Source: Octopus sinensis (Eukaryota). Taken from it: a DNA stretch of 64,000 nucleotides. The stretch's first letter is position 1; each line of letters opens with the position of its first letter. The notes under the pieces were generated by a model, which saw only the letters and a program-made list of their open reading frames with translations, was not told the DNA's origin and did no database searches. The stretch covers positions 116,870,001-116,934,000 of the forward strand of contig NC_043001.1 in the NCBI RefSeq assembly GCF_006345805.1. The letters are read 5' to 3'. Positions 1 through 13,191 of the stretch are shown here, one piece after another. Position numbers and translations under genes: made by a program.

Positions 1-413
1 AGGTTCTTTTCTTCTATTGATTTATGTTTATTTAGAGTATGAGATTCTAAATTATTTGAGCTATTTACATTCACTTCATCGTTTAAGAGATTTAAGTTAT
101 CAAGATCCAGGAAGGTGATTTCTTGGTTGTATCCGGCCTTGGATAATGCATCATTATAATGATTCGAGTGGGAGTCAAAAATATCCATATTCGATGATAA
201 TTTGGAAATTCTCCGAGAGATATTTTTCATTATTGATTTTAGTATATTAGGGAGGTGATTAGATAATTTCTTTACGTATCTGGTAATCTCACTTTCCTTT
301 CTAAACGGGTGATATAACTTTGAATTTAAGTCAAAGGTAATGTCTAGAAAATTCACTATCTTGGTGTTATGTTCATACGTAATACCTAAGTTTGAATCTA
401 AATTTTGCTGAAC
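1..413 (-). mobile_element. Penelope-like element RT C-terminal fragment
   Basis: Manual minus-strand translation is open: LGITYEHNTKIVNFLDITFDLNSKLYHPFRKE...SNHLPNILKSIMKNISRRISKLSSNMDIFD...YNDALSKAGY, typical of the PLE RT thumb; runs off the window edge. Confidence 0.8.
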
Positions 414-903
414 CTATATATATATATATATATATATTTGTAAGTAATGCTTTAGTGCTTGAAGTTGTTGAATTTGTCCCAGTTTATAAGATTTATATTT
501 TCTGGATCATTTGACATAGCTGAAGCCATTCTGTTTACGTTTTGCATTTGTCTCATAATGCTTTATGAAATTTATAAATTACCAAGTAATTTTATTTCCA
601 TTTAATTGAACAACTTTTAGAACATTGTCATTTTATACGATGTTGCTGGCAAATTCTTAAATTAACATAAACATTTATTATATGAAAGAAATTTACCGGA
701 GAACCTTCTTCTAATTCTTCCAAATTTTTCTGCTAAAACTGTATTGAAACCATTTGTGGGAAAGAAACGGAATAACAAAACCCAACAATGCAGTCAGAAA
801 CGCTTAATGTAGGCCAACTGCGAAGAGAGGTTTTGCTCTGAAGTTGTTGGTATTCTAATCAGAATGAAACGAAATTCTTATCGTAAATTGATTATTTTAT
901 CCT

Positions 904-945
<42 letters not shown>

Positions 946-1045
946 CATGTATAAAATTAAATATTAAACACTTTTGCTTTCAAAGTATTACCGCTCACGT
1001 AACATTTACAAATTCACATACATACATACATACATGCATACATAT

Positions 1046-1117
<72 letters not shown>

Positions 1118-1436
1118 GGTTTGATAAGCGTACTGATATTCTGTACTTTGTTTATAATCATATGTTAGAGATATTTTTTAATCCACATCATTAACTGGTT
1201 GTTACGTTATTGCAGTTATTTCTGTTCGGAACAGGTTTGAACATTTTGATAAACCATTTTTTTTTTATCTTTCTTCCAACCTCATTTGTGACATGTAGTT
1301 TGTGGAAAGGAAAAATTAGAAACATTTTCTGACCACATGTTCTATATGTTCGCTCAATGGAATTTGGCGAACATTGGTGTTCTGGATTTGCTGTCTGTAG
1401 ACTCGTGAACGTTCCGATAATGCATTCACTGTCTCG

Positions 1437-1478
<42 letters not shown>

Positions 1479-1483
<5 letters not shown>

Positions 1484-1609
1484 AATTATCTAATCACCTC
1501 CCTAATATACTAAAATTAATAATAAAAATATCTCTCGGAGAATTTCAAAATTATCATCGAATATGGACATTTTTGACTCCCACTCGAATCATTATAATAT
1601 TGCATTATC
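1479..1609 (+). mobile_element. Inverted 131-bp copy of the PLE segment at 142-273
   Basis: Near-identical to the reverse complement of 142-273; flanked by (TA)n. Confidence 0.85.
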
Positions 1610-1635
1610 TCGCCTATATATATATATATATATAT

Positions 1636-2134
1636 TAGATCCTTGCAATTCTGGCATTTAATGCAGTAGATCAAATTTCTATTTTTGCAGTTCATATCTG
1701 CATTTGCGAAAATCTATCCATTTTTTGTTTTAGTGGATCTACCAGTATGTATGCATTGACACGTTCCACATCTGTTATCCTTACACTTGGATAATGTGAA
1801 TGTTTTGTCCTGTTTGTTCATGTTGAATTTTGTCTTTGTAAATAGTTTCTTTAGGTTATTTGGTTGCCTTTTGCTTAAGTTATTAGTTATTATATTTTTT
1901 AATTTTACACTTTATTTTATGATTCGCAAATATGTTTTGATGATGTTAAAAATGTTTTGGTGATGCAGATTGTGTGTTTCTAGAAATGGTATTGTGTTCC
2001 TTTGATGGGTTCGTCTTTTTCGTGTTGCCCTAAGTTGTTCTATAGGTATCTCTTTTGCTCGTTGTATGCTATTTTCTATAAGTAAAAGAGGGTAATTTTG
2101 TTTGAGCAGAAACCCTTTGAATTCTATAAGTTGT
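1636..2134 (-). mobile_element. PLE (family 2): RT C-terminus, Cys-rich linker, start of GIY-YIG domain
   Basis: QLIEFKGFLLKQNYPLLLIENSIQRAKEIP...IPFLETHN (ORF 1912-2172), then KCKDNRCGTCQCI...NCKNRNLIYCIKCQNC by manual translation; one stop. Confidence 0.8.
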
Positions 2135-2283
2135 GTGTTTAACTGATATTTATTACAAAAGCACAGACACACACCAGTACCTAAATTTCAAATCATGCCA
2201 CCTAACACACACAAAACGCAACATTCCGTACTGTCTAGCCAGGAAAATTTGTACTATAGTCGATGATCCAAATACCAGAAACA
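2135..2283 (+). mobile_element. PLE (family 2) RT thumb, inverted relative to its continuation
   Basis: TDIYYKSTDTHQYLNFKSCHLTHTKRNIPYCLARKICTIVDDPNTRN. Confidence 0.8.
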
Positions 2284-2289
2284 ACATTA

Positions 2290-3030
2290 ACAGGCGGGTC
2301 GACAACGACACTTTTGAAAAGCCGCCCCATATAATGTTAGATTAGAAAGGTCCAACTTCAAGAATAGCATACACTACATTGAACCAAACACAAATAGACC
2401 AAGAAGACGCAGGCAGAGAAAAATCCTATGGTTCGACCCGTCTTATAGCATGAATGTAGCTAGTAACATTGCTAGGAGATTCTTAAACTTAATAGACAAA
2501 CACTTCCCTCATTCACACAAATACCACAAAATCTTCAACAACAACACTGTTAAAGTTAGCTATAGTTGTCTCCACAATAATACTTAATCACAATAAACAT
2601 AAACATACCAGAAGCACATCAGAAAGACAGTGCTACTGCAGATCACCAAACCACTGCCCTCTAAACAACAGCAGTCTCGAGAATGAACTTATATACAAGG
2701 CCAACGGAATACCAAAGACGTATATCAGAATGACGGGAAAGCTCAAGGAAAGGTATACTCAACACTTTGCGTCATTCAGAAACAAAAACAAAAAAACATG
2801 CCACATCCGTATCAAATATAATATGGGCATTGAAAAAAGGTATGATAAGCAACCCCCAGATAGAGTGAAAAATCATTACTAAAGCCAAAAAATACAGAGG
2901 ACAGGACACCAAATGTGAACTCTGCATTATTGAAAAATTAAATATTATTCAATCAACGGACAACATTAGGGATGAAACATATTCTCCCTGCATACATAAG
3001 CAATATTTTACACTCAAATATAAACGAAGG
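2290..3030 (+). mobile_element. Degenerate PLE 3' region with GIY-YIG endonuclease (same type as 1-413)
   Basis: Frameshifted translation: RRKILWFDPSYSMNVASNIARRFLNLIDKHFPHSHKYHKIFNNNTVKVSYSCL...CYCRSPNHCPLNN...LIYKA...YIRMT...KERYTQH...CELCIIEKL. Confidence 0.75.
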
Positions 3031-3511
3031 TAACTTACAAACGAGGGCAACCCTACCAGGATAACACCTCCATATACGTGAACACACATAGCACAAACTT
3101 CACATAACGATGAAGAAATGTCACAAACTCCACACAAATAAGAAACAACTTAAAACATTCAAGTACAAAACACTATGCCCAGGACAAGGCCATACAAATG
3201 ATGCAACAAAATTAAGAAATTTACAGAAAAGACAAATCCAAGGGAGACAAACTCCAAACAAGTGCCTTCTAGAGTAGCGCCCCTTGATTCATTGTTTTAT
3301 TTACGCGAATTTACGAGAAACACCGTAAACGAAACGAGATTGTTTTCCAAAATGGAAGCAAACATGTGATCGGCTTGAAAAACTGGTAAGATACTTGGAT
3401 ATTTTCCCACTCTTCTAAACATGAAACCAATGGTAGCCTTAATTCACAAATAAAGAAATCATTTATCCACCACTACGGTGTTGAACACTCTTTTCAACGT
3501 TCTAAATTTAT

Positions 3512-3551
<40 letters not shown>

Positions 3552-3566
3552 ACATGTATGGTGGTT

Positions 3567-4183
3567 CTCAGGTCGGAGTTACCAGTTGTAGCGTACAGAT
3601 GAAACGTTACTTGATGTAGAAACGGCGATTCTTGTTTCGCGTCGGGGACGCTACATGTAGATGGTCGAAAGTAGGTTGAGACCCCGTAATAACAATATCG
3701 AAGAGGAAAGAATAATATTCACAGATTAATTTTCCGGCAATGATTAGTAATACAGACATAGTTGTAATTCTATAAGTGACAATGGTACAATGTGTTGCTC
3801 GTGCGCCCTTAGGGTTTGTTGGGAGCTGACAAAGAAGAAAGGGTAAGAATTGCGTTGTCCCTTTCCATTCGGCCCATGCTCTCAGACGGCTGAAAACCGA
3901 AGAGATCGATATGTTCTCAGTTCGCCGGTTGAAAGCCAAAGAGAGACAAGCGAACCCTTCAATTGGTTATATAAGGCTCGATCAGGAAGTAGGCCAAACC
4001 TAAAACAATGGATTGACCTCTCTACGACCACCGAAGGTCTTCGGAGATCAAGGGTTTATCATTAATCTCCCAGCATAGAGATAAAACACAAAGGATCAGG
4101 CATTCGTCTGACAAGCAGCAGGTGTATGGATTCGGCTTCGAATCTTCAGCTAAACAGAGGAAAACGATTTCCCCCCCATCACA
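3567..4183 (-). mobile_element. Probable Gypsy-type 5' LTR with degenerate tRNA-Trp primer-binding site
   Basis: Minus strand starts TGTGATG (about 4183), has TATATAA (about 3967-3973), ends GCTACA (3587), then AC + TGGTAACTCCGACCTGAG, 14/18 identical to TGGTGACCCCGACGTGAT (complement of the tRNA-Trp 3' end). No internal sequence retained. Confidence 0.5.
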
Positions 4184-5157
4184 CATGCACGAACGCTCGC
4201 GCGCTTGTGGATAATATTTTCAACCGAGACATTATAACTGTATCTGTTCATATGCTTCAATTCTGTGAATGTACCCACACTTAATCGATTGCTTCTATGC
4301 ACCATTTTCTATTATTATTAAAACTAGGCATTTTTGACGACACAGGTAGGCTAGTTAGATATAAATCAGAGCTAAATGATTTAGACGATCTTGTCACGTG
4401 GGGTAGCATAGATAATTCTTCATTCTTCTGAGGCTATAAAAAAAAAACGTTCTGAAGAAATGACAGGAGAGGAATCACTTAGAAAATTTAAACTACTGTT
4501 CTTAACGAAATATCAAAATATCGGACTGCTTAGCGCCTCTGGCTGAAAAATTGACTGCAGCAGTCGTTTAAATAGCGGGAGAGGTTTGTCTGAATAATTT
4601 GGCACTTGGCATTGCCAAAACTAAATTCGACTAAAGCAAAAATAAATTTCTCCTATTTTTCAACTTCTGTTTGTTTTTTTTTTAATCTTGATTTATTTTT
4701 TCATCCGATTTTTAACCCGTAAAATCGAGGCTTGTCCGAATCAAAAATGTGTGCATCCTTCCTCAGCTCACCCGCCTTGCTCGCTATGGTCATACAGGAG
4801 TCAATATCAATTAAATTAAAATAAAACAAATTTATCTGTTTGAGAAAGAGAAACGGTAACCGTATATGTTTATAAACGGTTAGCAGAATCCCGCCCCCGC
4901 TTCAAAAAACTGGGTAAGCTTCGTGTTATGACAACAATAAGATATGGCTTTGTAGTAAAATAGTGCGAGCCCGGTGAGCCACAGTGGCTGTGCCAGGGCA
5001 ATCCTCGCCATCTTTCGGGGCAACGCCTTTTTGTCTACTGGGACCATGAGGCGGAATGATACACCTTTTTAGATATTCTACTCTTTATTTTGACTTTAGT
5101 TGCACCGCTAGGTAGCAAACTACGTACTCGCAGATAATAATGATAAACAAAGTATGA

Positions 5158-5752
5158 TGTAGCGAACTCTAGTAAAATTCCTCGCTCCTTTATTATATAT
5201 ATACGGACATACGAACGTAGCAGATAAGAGCTATTGGGCGCTGTTTGGACCCCGTTGTATCCACCACTCTGATTGGTTGGTATTAGCGAAATTTGTCTCT
5301 TACTCTAACGCGCCAATATGCAACCTAACCAATCGCAGTCTCCAAATAGAACACGTGAGACAATCTATTCAACTCCAATTTTGAGCCTACCGTTAGCTAT
5401 AAAAACTCAACTTCTCCAGTTCCAGCGACGACGCCAGACAACACCCGTCCAACAGCATTACAGCGACTTCCACCTTCGTCGCCACCATCAATTCTCTTAT
5501 CAACGTCGTCAACAACATATCTACGTACACAGCACCAGCCACACTGCACAGGTTCTAACATAGCGATGTTCGTGAGCTACATCACCATGGTTAACAGCAA
5601 ACGTACAACCCACACAAATGAATGTGTTCTCCAAACCTTCTACTCGGTTGTGTCTCACTTTTCCAACTGGCACATTATATGTATTATTTCAGCCTTCTGA
5701 TAGGTGTCGATATAGATGGTCTCACAACTTGCACAACGGACCATTATCTATA
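5158..5752 (+). mobile_element. Solo LTR, older relative of 5769-6884
   Basis: Starts TGTAGCG, inverted CCAAT boxes, TATAAAA at 5398, shares TCACCATGGTTAACAG and other blocks with the next LTR, ends CTATA (CTACA-like); TSD not matching. Confidence 0.6.
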
Positions 5753-5768
5753 AATAGTTAGAAGAAGG

Positions 5769-6884
5769 TGTAGCGTACCCTTAGTGAAATTCATCCTCTC
5801 TCTCTGACATATATAACATAAACACGGACGTAGCAGATAACAGCTAACCTTCGGAGGTTGGGCTCTCTTGTGTCCACTATTCTGATTGGTTGGTATTGGC
5901 ACAGTTTGTCTCTTGCTGTATTACGCGCCAATATGCGACCCAACCAATCGCAGCCTTCTGATAAGGTCCCGTGACACAGTCTTCTAAATTCTCTGCTGGA
6001 ACCTATAATTTGCTATAAAACACAGCGATTCACCGTATCTCGTTTTTGGTTCTAGTCCTTTTAAGGACTAACCTCTGACCACAGTGCACCCAGCGACAGA
6101 CAACACTAGCAGCATTTCCGGACCTCCACCTACGCCGCCTTCATCTTAACATCGTCTCCACCACTGTCGCCTTCATCTTAAAGACGCCAACAGCAGCTTC
6201 GCTCAGGTTTAACTTATCACTGTTTGTGAATACTTCACCATGGTTAACAGTAAGCTCAATCTGCGAGAACCTTCTGTACCAATAACCCGGCACAGCATAG
6301 TAGCCGCAACCGCTACACGACATGTATTCAACCGGCTCAGCAATTGTCGCCTCAACTTCTTTGTTACAGAACTTCTGCTATTGTGCACCTTACTACGAAC
6401 TGGTATTTTATTTCACACTTCATTGTGTTTGAACTTCTAGCGTCCTGTTGGACTCTTTCTATGCTCTGTATTTTGTCTCACGCGCATACACCCTTGTTTG
6501 TACACACATACACATTATTGTATGCTTGACGACCTGTCTATTATTATTATTATTATTATATATGTACTTATGACGCGCACACACACAGACACTGCTAACA
6601 CATATACACATTATTGTAAGCATGACGGCCTGTCTATTACTATTGTTCTTATTATATATGTACTTATGACGCACACACGTACACACACTCTGCTACCCAC
6701 ATGTTAACATCTAAATAAAACCTTTTTCTAAACATTCTACGGTTGTGTCGCCGTCTTCCTTATTCTTTCTGGCATTCATATTCATTTGTCTATATTTCGG
6801 CTTTTATTGTAAGGCGACGACGACCGTGCGGTGTTTAAAGAGTCATTCATTCGTCACCATCTCCTTTCGCACGGTCGTTCTACA
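5769..6884 (+). mobile_element. Solo LTR (Gypsy-type) with 4-bp TSD
   Basis: TGTAG...CTACA termini; AAGG at 5765-5768 and 6885-6888; TATAAAA 6014-6020; AATAAA 6714-6719; internal tandem duplication of about 95 bp near 6502-6693. Confidence 0.8.
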
Positions 6885-7255
6885 AAGGTACGGGGGAGTT
6901 TCAGAATAGTTTATCTACTTAAATTGGATTTTCTCCGCTTCCAAATTTTCTTTTTTTGCTCCACGCACTACAAAATGATGGCGGAGTTGGTAGAAACCTT
7001 GTTTTGTTTTAAATGTATATTCCAAGTGTTTCAGAATGTGAAATACAATAAAATGACTAAAACTAACGATTACAAAATATATAAATAGAACATCATAGTG
7101 GTGGTTGCTGTTGTTCTTCTTTTTGGTATGCGGGTGGGTGAGGAACCGTTAAGATACATAGATTTAAAAATTCGAATTACATCTGTTTCAGAATATGAAA
7201 TGTAAGAGGGGAAAATATTTTTAATGGCGGTGGCTGTCGTGAAGATACAAATATA

Positions 7256-7304
7256 TGTGTGTATGTGCGTATGTGTGTATGTATGTGTATGTGTGTGGGT
7301 GTGT

Positions 7305-7365
<61 letters not shown>

Positions 7366-7368
7366 TGT
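7256..7368. repeat. (TG)n microsatellite
   Basis: Direct reading. Confidence 0.95.
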
Positions 7369-9578
7369 ATGAGGTGGCATTTGAGAATTTAGATTGAAAA
7401 TCCTTTTGAAGTGCGTGGTGCAAAAAAGAAAACAAAATGAAAAAAAGCCTGGCAGAAACGGAGAAAATCCAACTCGTTGGCGAGTTATTCTAAAACTCCG
7501 TCGAAGGAACAGAATAGCTTTGTAGCGAGACCAAGTTGTACTATTGCACATTTAAGAATATCAAGTTTGGTTTGTATAGGCTCACCACGCTAATTTGTTA
7601 CGATTGGTTTAAATATCCATCACATGACTTATAAGCCATTCATTGAACTCTGTACCGTGATTAGTTAAGTGATGCGTGAGATTTAGATTGAAAATCCAAT
7701 CACGTAGTGCGTAATATATTTCAATATATTTCAAACAACAAATCCTGTGTCCTGGAGTCTCTTTTCCTCCATAAATTGGTGTAACAATTATTTACATGTT
7801 AGAGAAGTGAAAGCTGTCATTGAGGCGAGTTTGCAGATCCAGCCGTCCAGGAGATTAGACACACACCGGAGCCATGTAACCAATGACTATCCAAGCCGAA
7901 TTATCAGAATGATAGATGAACAAGAACCGAGAGAATGGTTCTTGCTTTTGAATCACTGTACAACTTTACGAAGGAATGAAGTCCCAACGGTATTTTAATG
8001 ATAGTTTCTTTTATTATTTATGCAATCAAACAGGCAATATAATATGGTACAATGATATACATGATTCTTTAGTAAAACCAATCGATACTTCGTAAAAGCT
8101 TCATAAAAACATTTTAGATGTGCTGAGACCAAGCGTGGCAGAACCATTTAAATAACGGCTCCATTCAGAAGGCTAGAAAAGAAGGTATCACTTCGCGAAG
8201 AAAGAACACCGTGTATTGAACATTTCAGAACCAAGTTGTAGCTTTTATGCTTTTTACTTGAGGTCTCAGATATGTACAAGCAGAATAAGTTATGTAAAAT
8301 ATTTACAAGCGAAGACCATGTTCATCTTCTGTGGAATCCAAGTCATAGTGGCTTAATATCTATTTGCCGTTGCTTGTCTCATGGTTGTGAATCTCTCCAA
8401 GGTGGGATTAAGAGCTGAGGTAGTCACGTCTTGCTCGCTGTGAGCCGCAGTGAAAGAGAGAAGGAGAAGTTCCAGAACTCCAAAGTTACACGCTACTCCG
8501 CCTAGCGGTGAGCTATTGAGACACCTACCGTCAGGGGATGTAACTGCGCCTACAACATAAACTAAAGAAGCAGACTTGCTGATGATGTTAATCGTAATTG
8601 AACAACGGTTCCTTTATTTGTCCAGGATGCACGAACAATTGATTAATTCTATTCAAGGAATATCTACAAAAATGTGCTCCTTCCCAAAATTTGTTTCCAC
8701 ATAAACTGGGTACTTTCTTAGTGAAATTTTCTATTAATAACTTTCAGAACTACGATTTGAACCTTAGCCAGTACTACGAATAGACCACGCAATTATCACG
8801 TGTATGTTTTATTTATCGACCGATCATCTTGCAGGAGATTACGTCACAAAGTCAGAGCAAAAGTGAATGTCCTTGAGATTTGCGCGCTTTTCTCTAGTTA
8901 TAAAGTATTTGGCACCGAGGATCTCAGCAGAGGTTGAGAGCAACCAGGGAACACACAACTAACCTTTTGGCACAAGCAAGCCGGACCAGGGCAGAGGTTT
9001 AGCAATAAACGGCGGCCTAATATCTCCTTGTCATTCGCACCAAGAAGACCAAAGGCAGAGTAAACGTAGTTAAAGACATATTATTTCACTCTCGCCCAAA
9101 GTAAACCAGAGATGAGAGTAGATTCGGATAAATTCACATCTCAATTTCATTCAAGACCAGTTCGTTCTAGTCTCTAGAAATTAATGACTAGAATTTAGAC
9201 ACTATGAAAGTCGGTTTCTATATCCCAAGTTACGCTTCAGTGAGTATCTGAAAGTTCATGTAAATATACGTACAAACTTTCCACAAATAAATCATAAAGA
9301 GTCCACGACTTTCGTTCCTGTTTACTGCACACGCAATCCAGTCTAATTCATAAGAATCTTATACCGAAACTACGATAACTAAGGTGACCAATACACTTCT
9401 CGATAAGTATGTATGTGTCTGCGTCCACCATTTTTTTTTTCACATTAAATTCGATATAATCGTAATTTATACCGTCTGAAAGATATTTGTAGAAAATTTC
9501 ATTAAAACATACCCAATTTTCTGAAAATTATGAAGAAACAAATTCGTGGGAGGACACATTTGTGTAGACATGCCCTAC

Positions 9579-9627
<49 letters not shown>

Positions 9628-10050
9628 AATGACAGAATGTAGAAATGCGGGGAAATACTTACTAGATGTTAGCTAAAATAGAAAATATTATCTAGTGGGT
9701 TTATCTGCCGGTCTGATAAATCGATACAGAAATAATAAATGCACTACAATAACAAATTAGAAGTAAATTTAGAGATCACGAAAAAAAAAAAATCCTTACG
9801 CGGGCTCGTTCTTCAACGGAAATACTATCCAAAAAAATAATAAAACGTGACTTGTGCGAAAATAAAATCATAAACATGGAATGAATGGGGGTAAAACGAG
9901 CCCCACACTAAGATTAAATTTTACGAGCTTGAGCAGTGCTGATAGGAATCCACAAGATGCCCGGGTTTGCTCTGGTTTAGCGCTGTCACTGTTGATCTCA
10001 TACAATAAAGCTATAACGAAGATGAGTATGTGACGAACATATAATAATAA

Positions 10051-10445
10051 TAATGAAATTAATTGTATACAGTGCTCAGGTGCACCACAACTTGTCAGAA
10101 AGTGCATATAAAGTACATGCAGTAATGTAGAAATGTCTGGAAAGCGAACAATGCATGAGTCAGATACATGCTTGCGTGTATGGAGGGGAGAAAATCAGGT
10201 GTAGTGTTGGCGAATCTCAGGAAGCATGGAAGTTTGAAGGATGCAGTGCTCCGACAACTAACAACTGATGCCAGCAGTTTGTTCCATGCTTCAGCAACTC
10301 TTAGAGTGAAAAAATGTTTCCTGAAGTCATGGGAGCTGTGCTGTTTTCTGACTTTGTAAATATGTCCACGGGTGTTAGATGGGTGGAGTTTAAAAAGGTG
10401 CTCAGAGTTATTGTTTGTAACTTGGGATTGAAAGTGAACTGCTAA
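10051..10445 (-). mobile_element. CR1-group LINE 3' end
   Basis: NTRGHIYKVRKQ...FRKHFFTLRVAEAWNKL...STASFK, then a 3' UTR ending in a (TTA)n tail. Confidence 0.8.
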
Positions 10446-10446
10446 G

Positions 10447-10898
10447 CATTTCCAATACATGAATTAACATAACAGGTTATGGCAAAGATGTATGAGAGAA
10501 ATTCGTGGTTAGGCTGAACTGTTGATGTTGTCGACATAGTTGACATACTGTTGGTGGTGTGTAGAGGCAGCTGTTGGTCTGTTGGTCGTGTGATATAGAC
10601 AGGCATCTGTTGGAGACGAAAGCGGAGACTGGCTGGTGTCAGAACATCGTTGTTGGAGACGAGTTGCGTGTGGTCAGTGACGCGTGCCAAAGATATAGAA
10701 TAGCCGAGAACTGCTGTACTTATAGGGAATATTGGGCTCCCAGAATTTGGTGATTGATTCCCCACGTGCAGAAGCCGACCAATACAAACAGCACGTTCGT
10801 TTAATCACGACGTCATGTGACCGCTGGAACGAAAAGGCCTCGTGGAGCCGATATTGGGGTATTTAAGCCTAGATGAGTCAAAATGAAAACATCTTACA
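10447..10898 (-). mobile_element. LTR-like 5' fragment
   Basis: Starts TGTAAG, has CCAAT- and TATA-like motifs and a C-rich CAACAG stretch like the LTRs at 5158 and 5769; no 3' terminus seen. Confidence 0.35.
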
Positions 10899-11031
10899 CA
10901 ATGACAATGTAAATTACTTGGGTTACTAAGCACTGAATTTTGGGGTCCGGCTCGTCATAGGTGAGCTGCAAGATGCAGGAGGAAAGAGTGAGAGAAAGCT
11001 GTGGGTAAAGAGTCAGTAGAAGTTTGCATTT

Positions 11032-11154
11032 ACCTTCTGCCGGAGCCGTGTGGACCTTAGGTGTTTCTCTCATAAATACACACATCGCCCGGTCTGAGAT
11101 TCGACCCCTCGACCGCGAGTCTGCTGCTGTAACCGCTATGCCATGTGCCTCCAC
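11032..11154 (-). mobile_element. tRNA-derived SINE (family B) head, diverged
   Basis: GTGGAGGCACATGGC...GTCGAATCTCAGACCGGGCG...AAACACCTAA, matching the head at 53085. Confidence 0.7.
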
Positions 11155-11435
11155 TAAAAACAGTTTACATTCACTTTTTTTTTCTACGGTAAGTTGCATG
11201 TTAACCTCCCGAGGCTATGAGTTTGCACCAGATATAGTCTTGGTAAAATGCCGTACGAGAACATTTAGTGTTCTGTGAAAAGTGTAGGTCTGGGTAAGGT
11301 TATATGAAAGACCAGTATGTTCTCATGGCAAATACAGCAAGGCATTTTTTCCCGATGCTCCACTGATGGTACCGCTGAAGCTTACATCTATAACGTACAG
11401 CAACGCCAATGACAAGCCAAAGATGGTATCTTTAT

Positions 11436-11665
11436 AAGGCAGCGAGCTGGCAGAATCGTTAGCACGTCGGGCGAAATGCTTAGCGGTATTTCGGCTACCG
11501 TTACGTTGTGAGTTCAAATTCTGCCGAGGTCGACTTTGCCTTTCATCCTTTCGGGGTCGATAAATTAAGTACCAGTTACGCACTGGGGTCGATATAATCG
11601 ACTTAATACCTATGTCTGTCCATAGTTTCCTCTATGTTTAGCCCCTTGTGGGTAATAAAGAAATA
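11436..11665 (+). mobile_element. tRNA-derived SINE (family A), full length
   Basis: A-box and B-box (GAGTTCAAATTC); 11-bp TSD GGTATCTTTAT at 11425-11435 and 11666-11676. Confidence 0.9.
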
Positions 11666-11954
11666 GGTATCTTTATGAAGTCAACCCATCTTCTAGAAGT
11701 AGCAACCAAACCTTCCTCAAACTAAAAAAGAAAGGAAAGGACATATTTGACAATGTAGCCAACAATATGAAAGAGTAAAATAGAATAAGACAAGGTATCT
11801 ATGACGCCTTCGATCATAAGTAAAGTCAACATGAGTTGGCCTGGGATTAAACAACAGCAGTCATATTTTTGTTACCTCTATAATCATTATTATAATCATC
11901 GCCGTCTTCACAATTACTTTCATAGCCGTTACTTCCACAGATACCTTTATTGTC

Positions 11955-12260
11955 ATCGTTACCACATTCCCACTACTGTCACCGCTACTACCACCACCAC
12001 CACCACCACCACCACCATCATCATAATCATCATCATCATCATCATCATTACCACCACCACGATCATCATCATCATCATCATCATCATCATTACCACCACC
12101 ACAACCACCACGATCACGATCACCATCATTACCATCATTATCGAACCACCACCACCACCACCACCACCACCATTGGCATCATCATCATCATCATCAATGC
12201 CACCGCCACCGCCGCCGCCACCACCACCACCACCGCCGCCGCCGTCACGACCACCAACTA
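11955..12260. repeat. Compound (CAC)n/(CAT)n/(CCG)n trinucleotide tract
   Basis: Direct reading; gives spurious His/Thr/Pro ORFs. Confidence 0.95.
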
Positions 12261-12849
12261 TGTTGTTACCATGAAACGATGCCAAAAGCACTTGGAATGT
12301 AAATATATGAATAAGATACCCTAAAAGGGTGTCAAGAACGCTGACAACCAGTCTCTTGACGTTCCTACTGTCTTGGGGTATAAGTGTGTTTTTAGTAAAT
12401 ATTTCTTACAACAATAATCAGGTGTTACTAATGAGAATAATAATTGTTTCTAACTTAGTCACAAGGTCTGGAATTTGGGGTAAGAGCGACAGTCGAATAA
12501 ATTGTTCCTAATCCTGGAATGGTACTTTATTTCAACGACATTGAAAGGATGAAAAGCCAAGTTGACCACGGCAGGATTTGAACTTAGAATGTAGAGAACA
12601 GAAAGAGATAACCCGCAACGTATTTTCACCGCTGTCCTTTCTAGCAATGTGGCTTTATCTTTTACGGTTATGCATATGTCGTTGAGCTGGTATGTTAATA
12701 TATGTGCGCACGCGTTTTCATTGTGGACCTTATTAAGAATGAATATGTCTGTCTGTTTGCCCCTTTCACTCCCTCTCTCTCCCTCTCTTCCCCCCTCCCC
12801 CTCTCTCTATGTATATATATATATATATATATATATGGCCATTGCGCCT

Positions 12850-12917
<68 letters not shown>

Positions 12918-12920
<3 letters not shown>

Positions 12921-13191
12921 CTAGTGGTTAGGGCAGCGGTCGTAGGATCGCGGTTTCGACTCCCAGACCGGGCGTTGTGAGTATTTATTGAGCGAAAACA
13001 CCTAAAAGCGCCACGAAGCTCCGGCAGGGGGTGGTGATCCCTGCTGTACTCTTTCACCACTCTTTCTCTCACTCTTTCTGCTGTTGGCCTGCTCGCTTAG
13101 CCAGCGGGGTGGCGTCATTCGAAGGCTAAAACAATGCGAACGCATTGTGACCAGCGATGTGTAAAACATCTGATGGTCTGGTCGGTCACGT
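12918..13191 (+). mobile_element. SINE family B, tail type 1
   Basis: GGCCTAGTGGTTAGGG...GTTTCGACTCCC head; tail ends TGGTCGGTCACGT. Confidence 0.85.

Noticed and set aside
3640-3656. Second PBS-like sequence (TAGCGTCCCCGACGCGA, minus strand)
   Set aside because: Better explained as one arm of the terminal hairpin; lacks the TGG start.
8790-9175. Possible additional LTR (TATAAA, AATAAA)
   Set aside because: No convincing TG...CA ends, TSD, PBS or partner copy.
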